Origin: Candidatus Dojkabacteria bacterium
Lineage (GTDB): Bacteria; Patescibacteriota; Dojkabacteria; J137
Direction of reading: 5' to 3'
Assembly: GCA_030834985.1 (NCBI GenBank)
Contig: JAUQWV010000003.1
Span: 64,656 to 128,655, forward strand
Length of the DNA stretch: 64,000 nucleotides
The notes below the pieces were generated by a model. The model was not told where the DNA came from. It worked only from the letters and a program-made list of their open reading frames with translations, and did no database searches. The position numbers were made by a program, and so were the translations under genes. Below are positions 17,797-28,351 of the stretch, in pieces; the stretch's first letter is position 1; every line of letters starts with the position of its first letter.

Positions 17797-18943
17797 TAAG
17801 TAACGAGTTAAATAATTTCAAATATTCTTCTTGCATCAAACTCTTACTAAACTTAGCTTCTACGATTTCGAGCCCATTCTCTCCTAGTTCTATTTTATTA
17901 TTATAAGCTTTCTCTATATATGCAGGCATATCTATGAGCTCTACTAAATAACCATTAATATTTGTTTGAACCATTTCATTAATTGCACCTACATCTGTTG
18001 CAACTACAGGTTTACTTAATGCCATTGCCTCTAAAATTACAATCGGCACACCTTCGTAACGAGAAGTCATAATTAAAATATCTGAACTTGCAATTATCTT
18101 TCTTGAAACATTGTTTTCTAACTGACCTAATAAAATTACATTTTCGATATTTTCAGCTTCACCTGCCACTTGGCTATACATATCACCATCGCCAACTATA
18201 ATAAAATAATAATTGGGCATTTTCTTTGCTAGCTTAATTACTTCAAGAGGCTGTTTTTCTTCAGACATTCTGCCTACCCATACTACTTTGCGAGACTTAT
18301 CTAGGATCGAATTAAATGCAGTTGGAAAAACAGCCTCTTTAGTTTCATTTATGGTTTCTGCTACATCAATACCATTTCTTATAACCTTAATTTTTGACTG
18401 CTCAATTTTATACTCATTCACATATATATTTTCTAGTCTTTCACTTATTACAATTCTTTTAGTTATATATTGGTCAAAGGTAGAAGAGAACTTAGCTGAC
18501 CCTCCATCATCTTCAGGGCCACCTTCTGCATGTACTAAATCCACTATCTTCGAGTATTGAGAAATATGAGGTATTGCAAGATAACCAGTAAAAGAATTTG
18601 AGATAAAAGTTACCTTTATACCCGCTTTTCTAATCATCGAAAGAAAAATATATGAGTGTAGCTTTTGAGGTATATTGTCAATATGCCAGATATGGTCGGA
18701 ATATTTTTTAAATAAATTTTCCCATTCATGTCGAGAAGCCTTTGTAGTTACAATAAAAATATTCCAATTCTCTTTTTTTAAGGCTTCCATTATTTCTAAA
18801 TTTACTTTTTCTGCTCCTCCAAAAGTAAGCCATGGAACTATGAATAGTATACTTTTATCATCATAAAGCTTGAGATTAAATATTAGTAAGTTAGCAATAC
18901 TTCTTGCAATAATACTCCATAAGCTTCTAATCAATGCTTTCAT
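17789..18943 (-). CDS. Glycosyltransferase family 4
   Basis: RYEGVPIVILEAMALSKPVVATDVGAINEMV is the GT4 E-X7-E motif. Confidence 0.8.
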   Translation of the reverse strand: MKALIRSLWSIIARSIANLLIFNLKLYDDKSILFIVPWLTFGGAEKVNLEIMEALKKENWNIFIVTTKASRHEWENLFKKYSDHIWHIDNIPQKLHSYIFLSMIRKAGIKVTFISNSFTGYLAIPHISQYSKIVDLVHAEGGPEDDGGSAKFSSTFDQYITKRIVISERLENIYVNEYKIEQSKIKVIRNGIDVAETINETKEAVFPTAFNSILDKSRKVVWVGRMSEEKQPLEVIKLAKKMPNYYFIIVGDGDMYSQVAGEAENIENVILLGQLENNVSRKIIASSDILIMTSRYEGVPIVILEAMALSKPVVATDVGAINEMVQTNINGYLVELIDMPAYIEKAYNNKIELGENGLEIVEAKFSKSLMQEEYLKLFNSLLNE

Positions 18944-20690
18944 TCTTGTATATATTAACGTAATAATCAGTTATAAGCGTATTATAATTTAAATTAAGTG
19001 CTTCAATTTTATCTAAAATATTTTTAGCAGAATTGTGATAGATAATTAAATAGTCCCAATAAATATCTTGAAGGTATTCATTGTTAATGTTTTTTAATAC
19101 CATATATTGAACTTCATTTTGCCACCTATCACCATAATAGGGATATAGGGGAGCATCATTGTATCCTACTATAAGTACCTTATGGATACCTTCCTTGCTA
19201 TCATCCTCAAATGCTTGTATATTCGGCATATATCTGGAAGCATAATAGTTCCCGATAGACATTACACCTTCACCGTTTCGTATAGACCATAGCGAATATT
19301 TTATTACTTCCCAATCAACAAAATAAAATGTCACCATAATATTTAAAAGACTTATAATAAAAACTCCGGTATAACAAAATAACTTTATCAGTTTATTTTG
19401 GATTGATATAACAAAAAGTGTTGCTATAAAGATAGCAGTTATTGGTAAAAATAAAATAAGTCTTAAATCCCATTGATCAGGAGCTCTAACTAAGAATAAG
19501 AGTGTAATTAGTCCGACTATTGTCGATATAAATAATATTTGACTTAGCTTTCTACTTAAAATAGTTCTAATTGAAACAAAAATGAAGATGGGAATTGCAA
19601 CCATATTGATAAAACCAGCATGTCCTATATCGTGAGAAAAGTAACTAATATCCCCTATTGGTTTTAAGTAAAACCAAGTACCAAAATGTTTAATATTAGC
19701 CCAAATAGTTCCAAATCCTATTGATAGTTTTTTTGCATCTCCAGAATCTAATGCAAACGGTGAATGATAATATAACCCCCCAATAATGTTACTTGGAAGT
19801 GCTAGAAATACTAATATCGGGCTTAATAATATTATACTTAATATGTGCTTCTTTTTAATTTCATTCCTGTTATTAACTAATCCATATACTATGAAAAGTG
19901 ATAGAAGTCCAGCAGCTATTATCCCATGATATTTACTTCCACAAAGAATCCCCAGTGAGAATAAAGTGAGAATAAGATTTCTAAAACTAAAATTTTTTAA
20001 AAAGTTATTAACAAGAATCATTGAAATTAATAATATTGCTGTAAATACTAAATCATTTTGTGTTGTTTTAGATTCATACAAATACAAAGGAATTGAAAGT
20101 ACCGATATAGTAGCAATAAACGAATATATCTTCCTTTTTATAAAAAAAGTTACACCAATATAAAACAATGACAGAGGTATTATTAAGGCGGCAATAAGTT
20201 GAGGTAATTCAACAAGATAATCTTTACCCAAAACTGAAAAGGCAATCGCATTTAATATTGATGAATTAGAGCCAAATATATTGACCCTTGCAACACTAAC
20301 ATCTGGATGATACCACCAGCTTCCTGTTTGGTTAGCTACTACTGACTTTGTTAAGTGATATGTTAGGCTATCCCAATTTATTGCAGGTCCTAAAAAAATA
20401 AATATTAGTGTATACAAGAAAAAGCCAAACCAAATTACTGAAGTAGTAAAGAAAAGAATTTTTGATAGTCTCTTAAGCTTTCTTAATTTAGTAAGCAAAG
20501 AGCGTATATATAGCCTTATTTCAAAAAGATTTTTATACTCTTTATACAAGAATATAGCGCATAAACTTACTGTCAATAGAAGTGCTAACTTGACATTGTA
20601 CATTTGGAGGGCAGATAAGCTCCATGTCAATATAATCTGAGCTGACCAGAATATAACAACATATTCAAAAAATCTATTAATTAGATTCAT
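18927..20690 (-). CDS. Polytopic membrane protein within the glycan locus (candidate GT-C/ligase/polymerase-like) with a C-terminal soluble domain
   Basis: 587 aa with at least 12 hydrophobic helices. A roughly 130-aa hydrophilic C terminus is present. No motif is recognised. It is embedded between glycosyltransferases with a 17-nt overlap. Confidence 0.4.
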   Translation of the reverse strand: MNLINRFFEYVVIFWSAQIILTWSLSALQMYNVKLALLLTVSLCAIFLYKEYKNLFEIRLYIRSLLTKLRKLKRLSKILFFTTSVIWFGFFLYTLIFIFLGPAINWDSLTYHLTKSVVANQTGSWWYHPDVSVARVNIFGSNSSILNAIAFSVLGKDYLVELPQLIAALIIPLSLFYIGVTFFIKRKIYSFIATISVLSIPLYLYESKTTQNDLVFTAILLISMILVNNFLKNFSFRNLILTLFSLGILCGSKYHGIIAAGLLSLFIVYGLVNNRNEIKKKHILSIILLSPILVFLALPSNIIGGLYYHSPFALDSGDAKKLSIGFGTIWANIKHFGTWFYLKPIGDISYFSHDIGHAGFINMVAIPIFIFVSIRTILSRKLSQILFISTIVGLITLLFLVRAPDQWDLRLILFLPITAIFIATLFVISIQNKLIKLFCYTGVFIISLLNIMVTFYFVDWEVIKYSLWSIRNGEGVMSIGNYYASRYMPNIQAFEDDSKEGIHKVLIVGYNDAPLYPYYGDRWQNEVQYMVLKNINNEYLQDIYWDYLIIYHNSAKNILDKIEALNLNYNTLITDYYVNIYKNESID

Positions 20691-20725
20691 TTATAACCTA
20701 AAATTTTTAGAGAGTACTGATTTAT

Positions 20726-21502
20726 TCACTCCTTCAAATATTTAAATACTTTTCGAAACTTAAAGCTAGCATAAATATGTTCAGCTAAATGCTTATAAAA
20801 TCTAGGTTGCCACACTTTACCCCAATATCGTTTGGCGACTTTATTATGTTCTTTAACAAATTTAGGAATAGATGTTCCTGTTTTAGATTCTGGATGTACC
20901 TGATAAATTGATAATATATCGGGAATTTGCGTGAATTTTTCACCATTAGATAAAAATCTTAACCAAAGCTCATGATCCATACAGTAATGCAGACTCTCAT
21001 CGATTAACCCATATTGATCAACTAAGCTTTTTCTGAAAAAAATAGATGGTTGTGGAGGAACGGAGTATTCGACCCACCACCTTGTTAACGATCTCTCTGT
21101 AACTTCTGGCTGTGGAATAATTTTTTCTTCACCAGTAGATAAATCAACGAGTTTACACCTACCCTCGATAATTGTAATACTAGGATCTTCGAAGTATTTT
21201 GCAACTTTCTCTAAAACAGTATTATCATATAAAAAATCGTCTGCATTAAGCCAAGTAATAACATCTCCAATAGCCATTCTCAAACCTTTATTTATTGCAT
21301 TTGATTGCCCTGAATCTTTTTCTGAAATATAAGTTAATCTATCTTTATATTTTTCAAGTATTTCCACAGTTTTATCTTCTGAAGCACCATCAATTACAAT
21401 ATGCTCAAAATTCTTATAAGTTTGCGCTTGTAATTTAATGATATTCTTTTCTATAAATTTTTCGCCATTATACACTGGTGTTATTATTGAAAACCTTACC
21501 AT
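20726..21502 (-). CDS. Glycosyltransferase family 2
   Basis: FSIITPVYNGEKFIEKNI...HIVIDGASEDKT is a GT2 motif. Confidence 0.8.
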   Translation of the reverse strand: MVRFSIITPVYNGEKFIEKNIIKLQAQTYKNFEHIVIDGASEDKTVEILEKYKDRLTYISEKDSGQSNAINKGLRMAIGDVITWLNADDFLYDNTVLEKVAKYFEDPSITIIEGRCKLVDLSTGEEKIIPQPEVTERSLTRWWVEYSVPPQPSIFFRKSLVDQYGLIDESLHYCMDHELWLRFLSNGEKFTQIPDILSIYQVHPESKTGTSIPKFVKEHNKVAKRYWGKVWQPRFYKHLAEHIYASFKFRKVFKYLKE

Positions 21503-22542
21503 GTTATATTTATATCTGGATTAATAACTTTAAATAGTTTTTTCTGCCTTTGTTTTACTTGTTTAAATTCTTTTGTATGTACAAAACTCTGGTACGGCTT
21601 TTTTGTCTGATTATCTTTCTTAACTTGATCTTTTAATCTCAAATCTGTCATGCTTGGTACAGTTGTAGTATGTATGCGATACAAATGATAGAATCCATCT
21701 AAATGTTTAAACCTTGCACCTGCTTTAGCCATACGTAGCCAAAAATCCCAATCTTCAAAAATCTCCTTACTATCTGAATAACCAATATTATGTTCTTCCC
21801 AAAATGATTTTCGAAACAGTGAGGGAGTAGATAAGAAATTAAATTCAAAAATATTATCATAATAAAAGTCTGGCTTTATCTGTTCACGATCATCTTCTTC
21901 AAAAAATTTAATATCAGGATATACAACATCATAGTGCTCCCTTTCCAGAACCTCTACTGCCTGTTTAAAATAATCAGGAGCAAGCATATCATCTGCATCT
22001 AGCATACAGATATATCTTCCCTTAGCTTCTTGAATACCTACAAGTCTATTTTCTCCTATAGACGTTCTATGCCCTTGATAAATAACTCTAGTATTGTCCC
22101 ACTTTCGCTTTTTTATTTTTTCTCGTGATCCATCAGTTGAAAACCCTTCTACTAATATGATTTCAACTTTATCTCCTAGCCCTTGATTATTTACACTATT
22201 TATACAATCGTCGATGAACTCATAGTAATTGAAATATGGAATTACAACTGTTATTAAAACACCTTCATGTTTCGTATTATCAACTGATTCTAATGTTAGA
22301 TTCAGATATGTTTGATCTATGAATTTAGAGATATTAGACACAATCGGAATGGCTTTAATAAGCATATCTACCCTATCCGACAGTTTTAAATGTTTTGCAA
22401 GGAAAACTTCTCTAATTCTCCAAAATCGGCTTCTTCTAATGGCTTCTAATTCATATTTAACTTTATTGAGCTCAATGAGTTGATGCTTAGCAAGCTCTAG
22501 TTCTCGCTGTAATCGTGCTATTCTCTTATCTTTATCATCCAT
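21496..22542 (-). CDS. Glycosyltransferase family 2 with an N-terminal coiled-coil
   Basis: An N-terminal heptad-rich segment is followed by VVIPYFNYYEFIDDCINSVNNQ...VEGFSTDGS and DADD. Confidence 0.7.
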   Translation of the reverse strand: MDDKDKRIARLQRELELAKHQLIELNKVKYELEAIRRSRFWRIREVFLAKHLKLSDRVDMLIKAIPIVSNISKFIDQTYLNLTLESVDNTKHEGVLITVVIPYFNYYEFIDDCINSVNNQGLGDKVEIILVEGFSTDGSREKIKKRKWDNTRVIYQGHRTSIGENRLVGIQEAKGRYICMLDADDMLAPDYFKQAVEVLEREHYDVVYPDIKFFEEDDREQIKPDFYYDNIFEFNFLSTPSLFRKSFWEEHNIGYSDSKEIFEDWDFWLRMAKAGARFKHLDGFYHLYRIHTTTVPSMTDLRLKDQVKKDNQTKKPYQSFVHTKEFKQVKQRQKKLFKVINPDINITW

Positions 22543-22559
22543 AATTCATACTTAACAGT

Positions 22560-23873
22560 TTATTTTTGGATTAGCTCATTATATAGACTAAAGTAATCAT
22601 TTACCATTTTAGTTTGGGTAAAATCTTGCAGAAAAATTTGTATAGACCTTTCTGAGGCAGAATCTCTTAAATTTACATCAGAAATAAAGAGATCTAAACC
22701 TTTCATAAAATCCTGTGTATCATTATATTTAGCAATATAACCAGTTCCCATATGTTTAACTAGCTCGGGAATCCCACCCGTATTATATGTTAACACAGGT
22801 GTTCCTGTTGCCATGTTCTCAATTACTGCTAAAGGTAAATTATCCCAAAGCGAAGGATAAATGAATAAATCTGCAGCTGAATAATATTTAGCTAGCAATA
22901 TTTGATCGCTAATATATGGTATAACAATACTTTTTTCATCATTGAAATCCTTTTCAGCCCCTCCCAATATTATAAATACCACATCATCGTTATTTTTAAG
23001 ATGCTCATACATTTTTAAAATAGTATTACCTGAGTCTTTTGTTCCTGCTGTAAGACCCCATGCAGCACTAAAAAGTAATAGTATCTTATTTACAGGTAAG
23101 TTCAGCTCTTTTCTAACCTCAATTTTATTGTAAGGTTTAAATATCTTTTCATCTACCCCATTATGAATCAACCTTATGTCAGTATTTTTAAATATTCCTT
23201 TCTTAGCTTTATTATAAAGCCATCGGGATGGAGTTACGATCGTTAAATACGAATTATTAACGATTCTTTCTGAGCTCCTACGTAAATTTCTTCTCTGTTT
23301 TTGTGATAATTGCTTATAGAAATCTATTTCGCCAGTATCTGACTCCTTATCCGGGTAGTCTTCAAAGAGATCTAAAGAATCGTGTAAGGTCCATATCGTC
23401 CTTTTCTGTGCCGTCAGTTTTGGAAGTACAAATTTACTAAAATAGTTTAAATGGATGTTATGCATATGCACAATATCAGCTCTTTTAAATTCATCTATTT
23501 CTAGAATATTAAAAGAAGCTAACTTAAAAAAGTCAAACCATTGATACCTCTCACTATAAATATTTAATAACCTTGCTAATCGATCATTTCTTTGTTTAAG
23601 AACAATTATATTGTTTTCTGGCTCTGTCACCATATTTACTAATATATTTGTATCTAATCTTTCTTTAAGAAGTGATTTATGAATTATATAGCCAACTTTA
23701 GCTGCTCCGCCTTTCTTATCAATTTCGGAAATCGTTAGAATAGAATTTAGTTTATTAATTGGTACATGTATTTTAGGATACTTCCTTGAAATTGGAATTA
23801 AATATAAGTTTAAAGTTAAAAAACCAATAGTTTTAATTACTATAATTTTTAGTTGCTTAGTTAGGTTTTGCAT
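22560..23873 (-). CDS. Glycosyltransferase family 4
   Basis: WDNLPLAVIENMATGTPVLTYNTGGIPELV is a GT4 motif. Confidence 0.75.
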   Translation of the reverse strand: MQNLTKQLKIIVIKTIGFLTLNLYLIPISRKYPKIHVPINKLNSILTISEIDKKGGAAKVGYIIHKSLLKERLDTNILVNMVTEPENNIIVLKQRNDRLARLLNIYSERYQWFDFFKLASFNILEIDEFKRADIVHMHNIHLNYFSKFVLPKLTAQKRTIWTLHDSLDLFEDYPDKESDTGEIDFYKQLSQKQRRNLRRSSERIVNNSYLTIVTPSRWLYNKAKKGIFKNTDIRLIHNGVDEKIFKPYNKIEVRKELNLPVNKILLLFSAAWGLTAGTKDSGNTILKMYEHLKNNDDVVFIILGGAEKDFNDEKSIVIPYISDQILLAKYYSAADLFIYPSLWDNLPLAVIENMATGTPVLTYNTGGIPELVKHMGTGYIAKYNDTQDFMKGLDLFISDVNLRDSASERSIQIFLQDFTQTKMVNDYFSLYNELIQK

Positions 23874-24798
23874 ATTTATCTATTATATTTTTTCTAAATA
23901 AAGACCTATACCTTTCATCTTTCAATAAGTTAATACTATGGTGAGCAAAAATATCTTGTGATAATTTTAAATCAGGGAACTTTCTTCTAAAAGCAATGTT
24001 CGCGTTACAAATAAAATTATATAACATATAACCTTGCACTGGATTTAAATTTGACGCATGCCTTATATAATTAGATTCTTTTTTTCCTATCTTAATGCCC
24101 AAAATACTGCTAAATGCTTCGATAAGAATTCGCTGTGCTGTCTTATCTTGATCTTCAGAGTTTTTTATAGAGATACTTTCATTGTGAACTCTGTATTTTA
24201 CTAACGGCTCCTGAATATTGTACAATTTAAGACCTTGCTCTATAAATTTAAACCAGAAGCCATAATCCTGGGCTTTCTTATGATTAATGTTGTAGCCACC
24301 AATATTTTCAGCATCCTCTGTTTTGAACATCACTGAGCTATGCACCATTGGATTAGCAAAAAATATATATCCCATGATTTCTTCATAATCTTCTGGATAT
24401 TTAGCTATTTCTAAATTATTACCGTTTTTATCAATAAGTTGAATATTAGAACCCACAATAGAGTATTCAGGATTGCCTTCAAGAAAATTGTATTGCTTTT
24501 CTAATCGAGAAAGATTACTTATGTCATCAGCATCCATTCTTGCTATATACTTGCCTTCAGCTATATTAATTCCTTTATTTAGTGATTTTGTTAATCCAAT
24601 ATTATCTTTATTATTTATTAAAACTATTCTAATATCATCATAGGTCTTTATAATCTCCTTTGATCTATCAGTAGATGCATCGTTAATTATTACGAATTCA
24701 AAATCTGTAAAAGTTTGGTTAAGTATGCTATCAATAGCTTCTTTCAGATAAGCTTGCCCATTATATACTGACATTAATACAGAAATTTTCGGATTCAT
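23857..24798 (-). CDS. Glycosyltransferase family 2
   Basis: ISVLMSVYNGQAYLKEAIDSILNQT...VIINDASTDRS...RMDADD. Confidence 0.8.
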   Translation of the reverse strand: MNPKISVLMSVYNGQAYLKEAIDSILNQTFTDFEFVIINDASTDRSKEIIKTYDDIRIVLINNKDNIGLTKSLNKGINIAEGKYIARMDADDISNLSRLEKQYNFLEGNPEYSIVGSNIQLIDKNGNNLEIAKYPEDYEEIMGYIFFANPMVHSSVMFKTEDAENIGGYNINHKKAQDYGFWFKFIEQGLKLYNIQEPLVKYRVHNESISIKNSEDQDKTAQRILIEAFSSILGIKIGKKESNYIRHASNLNPVQGYMLYNFICNANIAFRRKFPDLKLSQDIFAHHSINLLKDERYRSLFRKNIIDKYAKPN

Positions 24799-24820
24799 AA
24801 GTTATTAAATTAATTGAAAG

Positions 24821-25375
24821 TTATTTTCTGCTACCAATTATTTTTGCAGGAACTCCAGCCATTATCTTATATGGCGGAACATCTTTGGTAACCACAGCAC
24901 CAGCACCAATCACAGACCCTGTACCCACTACAACACCGTCCAGAATAGTAACGCCTGCGCCAATCCAAACATCATCTTCAATGATAATTCCTTCTTTAGA
25001 TAAACCTTGCTTAGTAATTGGAATATCTGGGTTTGCAAATATATGATTTGACGGAACAATAACTGTATGAGTAGCAATTCTAACATTATTCCCAATCTTT
25101 AAACCTCCGTGTCCATATATAACGCAATAAGGGTTAAAGGAACAATTTTCACCTATCTCTACCCAACCACTATTTGTGCTAATCATCACTCCCCTTCTAA
25201 GAATACAATTATCTCCTATTCGTATGTATTTTCCTCCGCCGTCTCCTACAGCATCAATAACAACACTATCTTCTATTTTCAAATTCTTGCCTAGAGTGAC
25301 CTTATCTTTGCCTATTATTCTTACCTTCCTATTAAAAAAAAACAAATTTAGAATTTTATTTATAATACTATCCAT
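24821..25375 (-). CDS. Hexapeptide-repeat (left-handed beta-helix) sugar O-acetyltransferase
   Basis: Repeated [LIV]GxxxxI hexapeptides are present (IGDNCIL, IGENCSF, IGNNVRI, IGAGVTI, IGAGAVV). Length 184 aa. Confidence 0.8.
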   Translation of the reverse strand: MDSIINKILNLFFFNRKVRIIGKDKVTLGKNLKIEDSVVIDAVGDGGGKYIRIGDNCILRRGVMISTNSGWVEIGENCSFNPYCVIYGHGGLKIGNNVRIATHTVIVPSNHIFANPDIPITKQGLSKEGIIIEDDVWIGAGVTILDGVVVGTGSVIGAGAVVTKDVPPYKIMAGVPAKIIGSRK

Positions 25376-26271
25376 TCATTTAGGTTAATATCTATCGGGT
25401 TTTTAACTTCATTTTGGAACCACTGCTTAGGGGCAATTACTATTTTATCTTTATATTCAGATAACCACGCTCCCCACCAACTAAAAGTACTATTAGCAAT
25501 AATAAAATACTTACAATTCTGTAAAAGCCTCATATCTTCATAACCGTGATCATGATCATTAATGTCACAATATATAATATCTGTAGTTGAGAATTGCATC
25601 TCATTTTTAACCCAATCTATATCATCTGAGAATATATAAAAAATGGGGTTTTTTACCATCTCTTTAATGATCTCTATAGCTTTAGAGTAGTATCCATTAT
25701 CTAAATGTATAAAATGCTGAGAGGCCGATTTTTTAAAAATATAATCAGTACGCCGAATATGCAATGCTACTGAATTTGAATTTTTAATTTGTTCAAGCAT
25801 TCTTGAATTAATGTTATTAGGAGCTTCTTTTAATGTAAATTCTTTTAGCAAAGTATTTCTAATAGACTTGAAATTTTTATATGTTGGCCAAACTCCATCC
25901 AAATAAATATTGGCTTTTAGACTATGCAATCGTTTATCGTATAATCTGGTTATTTGTTTATAGTATATGTTAAGGTCTTTTACTCCTAAAACCGCTAAAT
26001 GTAACTTTATAGTGTTATTAATACCTAGCTTAAACTTTTCTAACTCGTTTTTAGAAGCAATTTCTGCATTAATATTAAAAAGCTCTAACCTAAAACCACG
26101 CTTAATAAAATCACCTATAAGTTCATCATTTTGACCTAATTCACTAATATCCAATAGTAAATTAGTATTATTTTTAATTGATAAGGCTCGGCCTAACGCG
26201 TATTGAAACATTTGATTACCAAGCCCGCCCGTCAGTTTCGTTATTATCATAATATAAGCTATATTTTCCAC
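25360..26271 (-). CDS. Alpha-1,2-fucosyltransferase (glycosyltransferase family 11)
   Basis: IITKLTGGLGNQMFQYALGRAL is the hallmark GT11 (FutC/WbsJ-type) motif. The gene is co-located with gmd and fcl. Confidence 0.75.
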   Translation of the reverse strand: MENIAYIMIITKLTGGLGNQMFQYALGRALSIKNNTNLLLDISELGQNDELIGDFIKRGFRLELFNINAEIASKNELEKFKLGINNTIKLHLAVLGVKDLNIYYKQITRLYDKRLHSLKANIYLDGVWPTYKNFKSIRNTLLKEFTLKEAPNNINSRMLEQIKNSNSVALHIRRTDYIFKKSASQHFIHLDNGYYSKAIEIIKEMVKNPIFYIFSDDIDWVKNEMQFSTTDIIYCDINDHDHGYEDMRLLQNCKYFIIANSTFSWWGAWLSEYKDKIVIAPKQWFQNEVKNPIDINLNEWIVL

Positions 26272-27488
26272 TCCACAGGGATCTGTGCAATACCATGCGT
26301 GAGCTTTTTATTTGCATTAATAGTAAATAGAAAATTCTTTTCATGCCAATCAAGTACAGTTTCTACATCTCCTTCTGCCAATGTAGTTGTACAACGATAA
26401 TTACCTGCTCTTAAATACAAATTAGGAATTATAACTTCTATATATCCTTCACCGCTTATTTCTGTATCAGAAAGATCTAAAGTATAGTTAGAATATGATG
26501 CTACTACACTTACATTTTCCACATTAGCAATTCCAAAAGTAAATATTGGTGACTTTACTGAACGATTACATTTATAAAATATTCTAGCTTTAAAAAAGCT
26601 TCCTGAATCAAATGCAGTAGTTTGTTCATCTTTATCATTAAAAAATTCAACCCTTGTTATTATAGTGTTTGAATCGTTTGTTATGTGTGTTCCGACAGAA
26701 GAAGAAGATTTATCATCGCTATCCTTTTTAAACATAAAATTTTCAAATTTGTCGCAAACTTCGTTTACCGGCCCACTTTCTTTAATCATACCTTTATCTA
26801 GCCATAATGCATGTTCACAAGCATTTCTAACTTGATTCATGCTATGACTGACAAGTATTAATGTTCCTCCATTCTTTCTAAAGTCAGATATTTTTTTATG
26901 ACACTTTAGTGCAAATGCCAAATCCCCGACGGCCAAAACCTCATCTGCCAGGAGAATATCAGGTCTGCTATGTATTGCGATTGAGAATCCCAATCTTATC
27001 GACATGCCAGATGAGTAAGTTGAAACGGGAGCATCAATAAAATCTCCAATATCTGCAAAATCAATAATTTCATCAAAGATATTTTTAATTTCATTTCTAG
27101 ACATCCCTAGTATGGTCCCACTCAGATAAATATTCTCTCTACCAGTCATATGAGGATGAAATCCCGCACCAACTGCGATAAGCGCACCTATTTTTCCTTT
27201 AACTCTAATACTGCCTTCATCAGGAGGAAAGATTCCATTAATTAACCTTAATAATGTTGATTTACCTGATCCATTATGCCCAATAATTGCCAACCCTTCG
27301 CCTTGTTTTAGTTCAAAGCTCACATCATTTAAAGACCAAAACTCTCCTTTCCTAAGCTTAGTAGTGTCAGGTTTAATACCAAACATACTTTTGAAAATAT
27401 CTGTACTTCCGTAAAACATGCTACGTTTAATGCTCCTTGTAAATTTCTTACTTACATTATCTATTTTTATTACAACATCCTTATCCAT
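26259..27488 (-). CDS. wzt: Polysaccharide ABC exporter ATP-binding protein (Wzt) with a C-terminal carbohydrate-binding extension
   Basis: Walker A GHNGSGKST, an ABC signature and Walker B LLADE are present, followed by a roughly 160-aa beta-rich C-terminal domain typical of Wzt C-terminal domains. Total length 409 aa. Confidence 0.8.
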   Translation of the reverse strand: MDKDVVIKIDNVSKKFTRSIKRSMFYGSTDIFKSMFGIKPDTTKLRKGEFWSLNDVSFELKQGEGLAIIGHNGSGKSTLLRLINGIFPPDEGSIRVKGKIGALIAVGAGFHPHMTGRENIYLSGTILGMSRNEIKNIFDEIIDFADIGDFIDAPVSTYSSGMSIRLGFSIAIHSRPDILLADEVLAVGDLAFALKCHKKISDFRKNGGTLILVSHSMNQVRNACEHALWLDKGMIKESGPVNEVCDKFENFMFKKDSDDKSSSSVGTHITNDSNTIITRVEFFNDKDEQTTAFDSGSFFKARIFYKCNRSVKSPIFTFGIANVENVSVVASYSNYTLDLSDTEISGEGYIEVIIPNLYLRAGNYRCTTTLAEGDVETVLDWHEKNFLFTINANKKLTHGIAQIPVEWKI

Positions 27489-27491
27489 AAA

Positions 27492-28346
27492 TTAAATCAT
27501 CCTTTCAATTACTTTGTCTTCAGAAACATAAAATAGTCTCCACGACAACATAAAAAATACAAATGAAATTGCGGCAACTAATAAATACCTTTCGGGATAG
27601 TGTATTGTGCCTTCCACAATAATATCGCGTGCTCCAGTAACAAGATAAGTTAATGGATTAATTTGAACTACTGTTTGCAATAAAGGATTCTCAATTTTAT
27701 CTATCTGATAAACAATTGGAATTGCATAAAATACAAATCCCATTATTATGTTAATAACATTTGTTAAATCACTTGCTACTACTGATAAAACACTCACTAT
27801 TAATCCTAAGCCTGCTCCTAAAAAGAATAAAGGAATAGCTGTTAGTGGAAAAAGTAATATTCCTAAACTAGGAGTAACTCCAAACAGTAATAAAACAATA
27901 ATATTTACTACAAAAGTTATTAGAAAGTTTGCAATATGTTGCGCTGTTTGTTTTATTAGTAAAGCTTCATGAGGATATTTAACTTGATTAATAAATCCTG
28001 CGCCAGCTCCAAGTGTACCACCTGCAGATCCATAAAATCCCATAAAAAGCCCCCATATAGATGAGCCTAACAATACATATGCTGGGAAAGGGATTGGTGT
28101 ATCACCAGGCTGTAAAATTCCAGCTGAATTTAAAAATACCCAGGACACAATACCTACAAGCGGAGAAATCAAGATCCAGGCTAATCCTAAATAAGACTTT
28201 TTGTATGACATAAAAAAGTCTCTTTTAAATAACTGTATTATCAACTCTTTAGACTTTACAATATTTTTAAACATGATCACCCATGTTTCAAAAAAGCCAA
28301 TTTTGAGTCGTTGATTAGGTTCGTAAACCGTAACTTCTTTATTCAT
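27492..28346 (-). CDS. wzm: ABC-2 type polysaccharide exporter permease (Wzm)
   Basis: 284 aa, 6-TM ABC-2 topology. It lies immediately upstream of wzt. Confidence 0.75.
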   Translation of the reverse strand: MNKEVTVYEPNQRLKIGFFETWVIMFKNIVKSKELIIQLFKRDFFMSYKKSYLGLAWILISPLVGIVSWVFLNSAGILQPGDTPIPFPAYVLLGSSIWGLFMGFYGSAGGTLGAGAGFINQVKYPHEALLIKQTAQHIANFLITFVVNIIVLLLFGVTPSLGILLFPLTAIPLFFLGAGLGLIVSVLSVVASDLTNVINIIMGFVFYAIPIVYQIDKIENPLLQTVVQINPLTYLVTGARDIIVEGTIHYPERYLLVAAISFVFFMLSWRLFYVSEDKVIERMI

Positions 28347-28351
28347 ATTAT

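Noticed and set aside
18927-20690. Calling the 587-aa polytopic membrane protein an O-antigen ligase (Wzy_C) or an oligosaccharyltransferase
   Set aside because: I could not locate the Wzy_C loop motifs or a GT-C DxD/ExD loop with any confidence by eye, so it is kept as an unassigned membrane protein and a candidate only.
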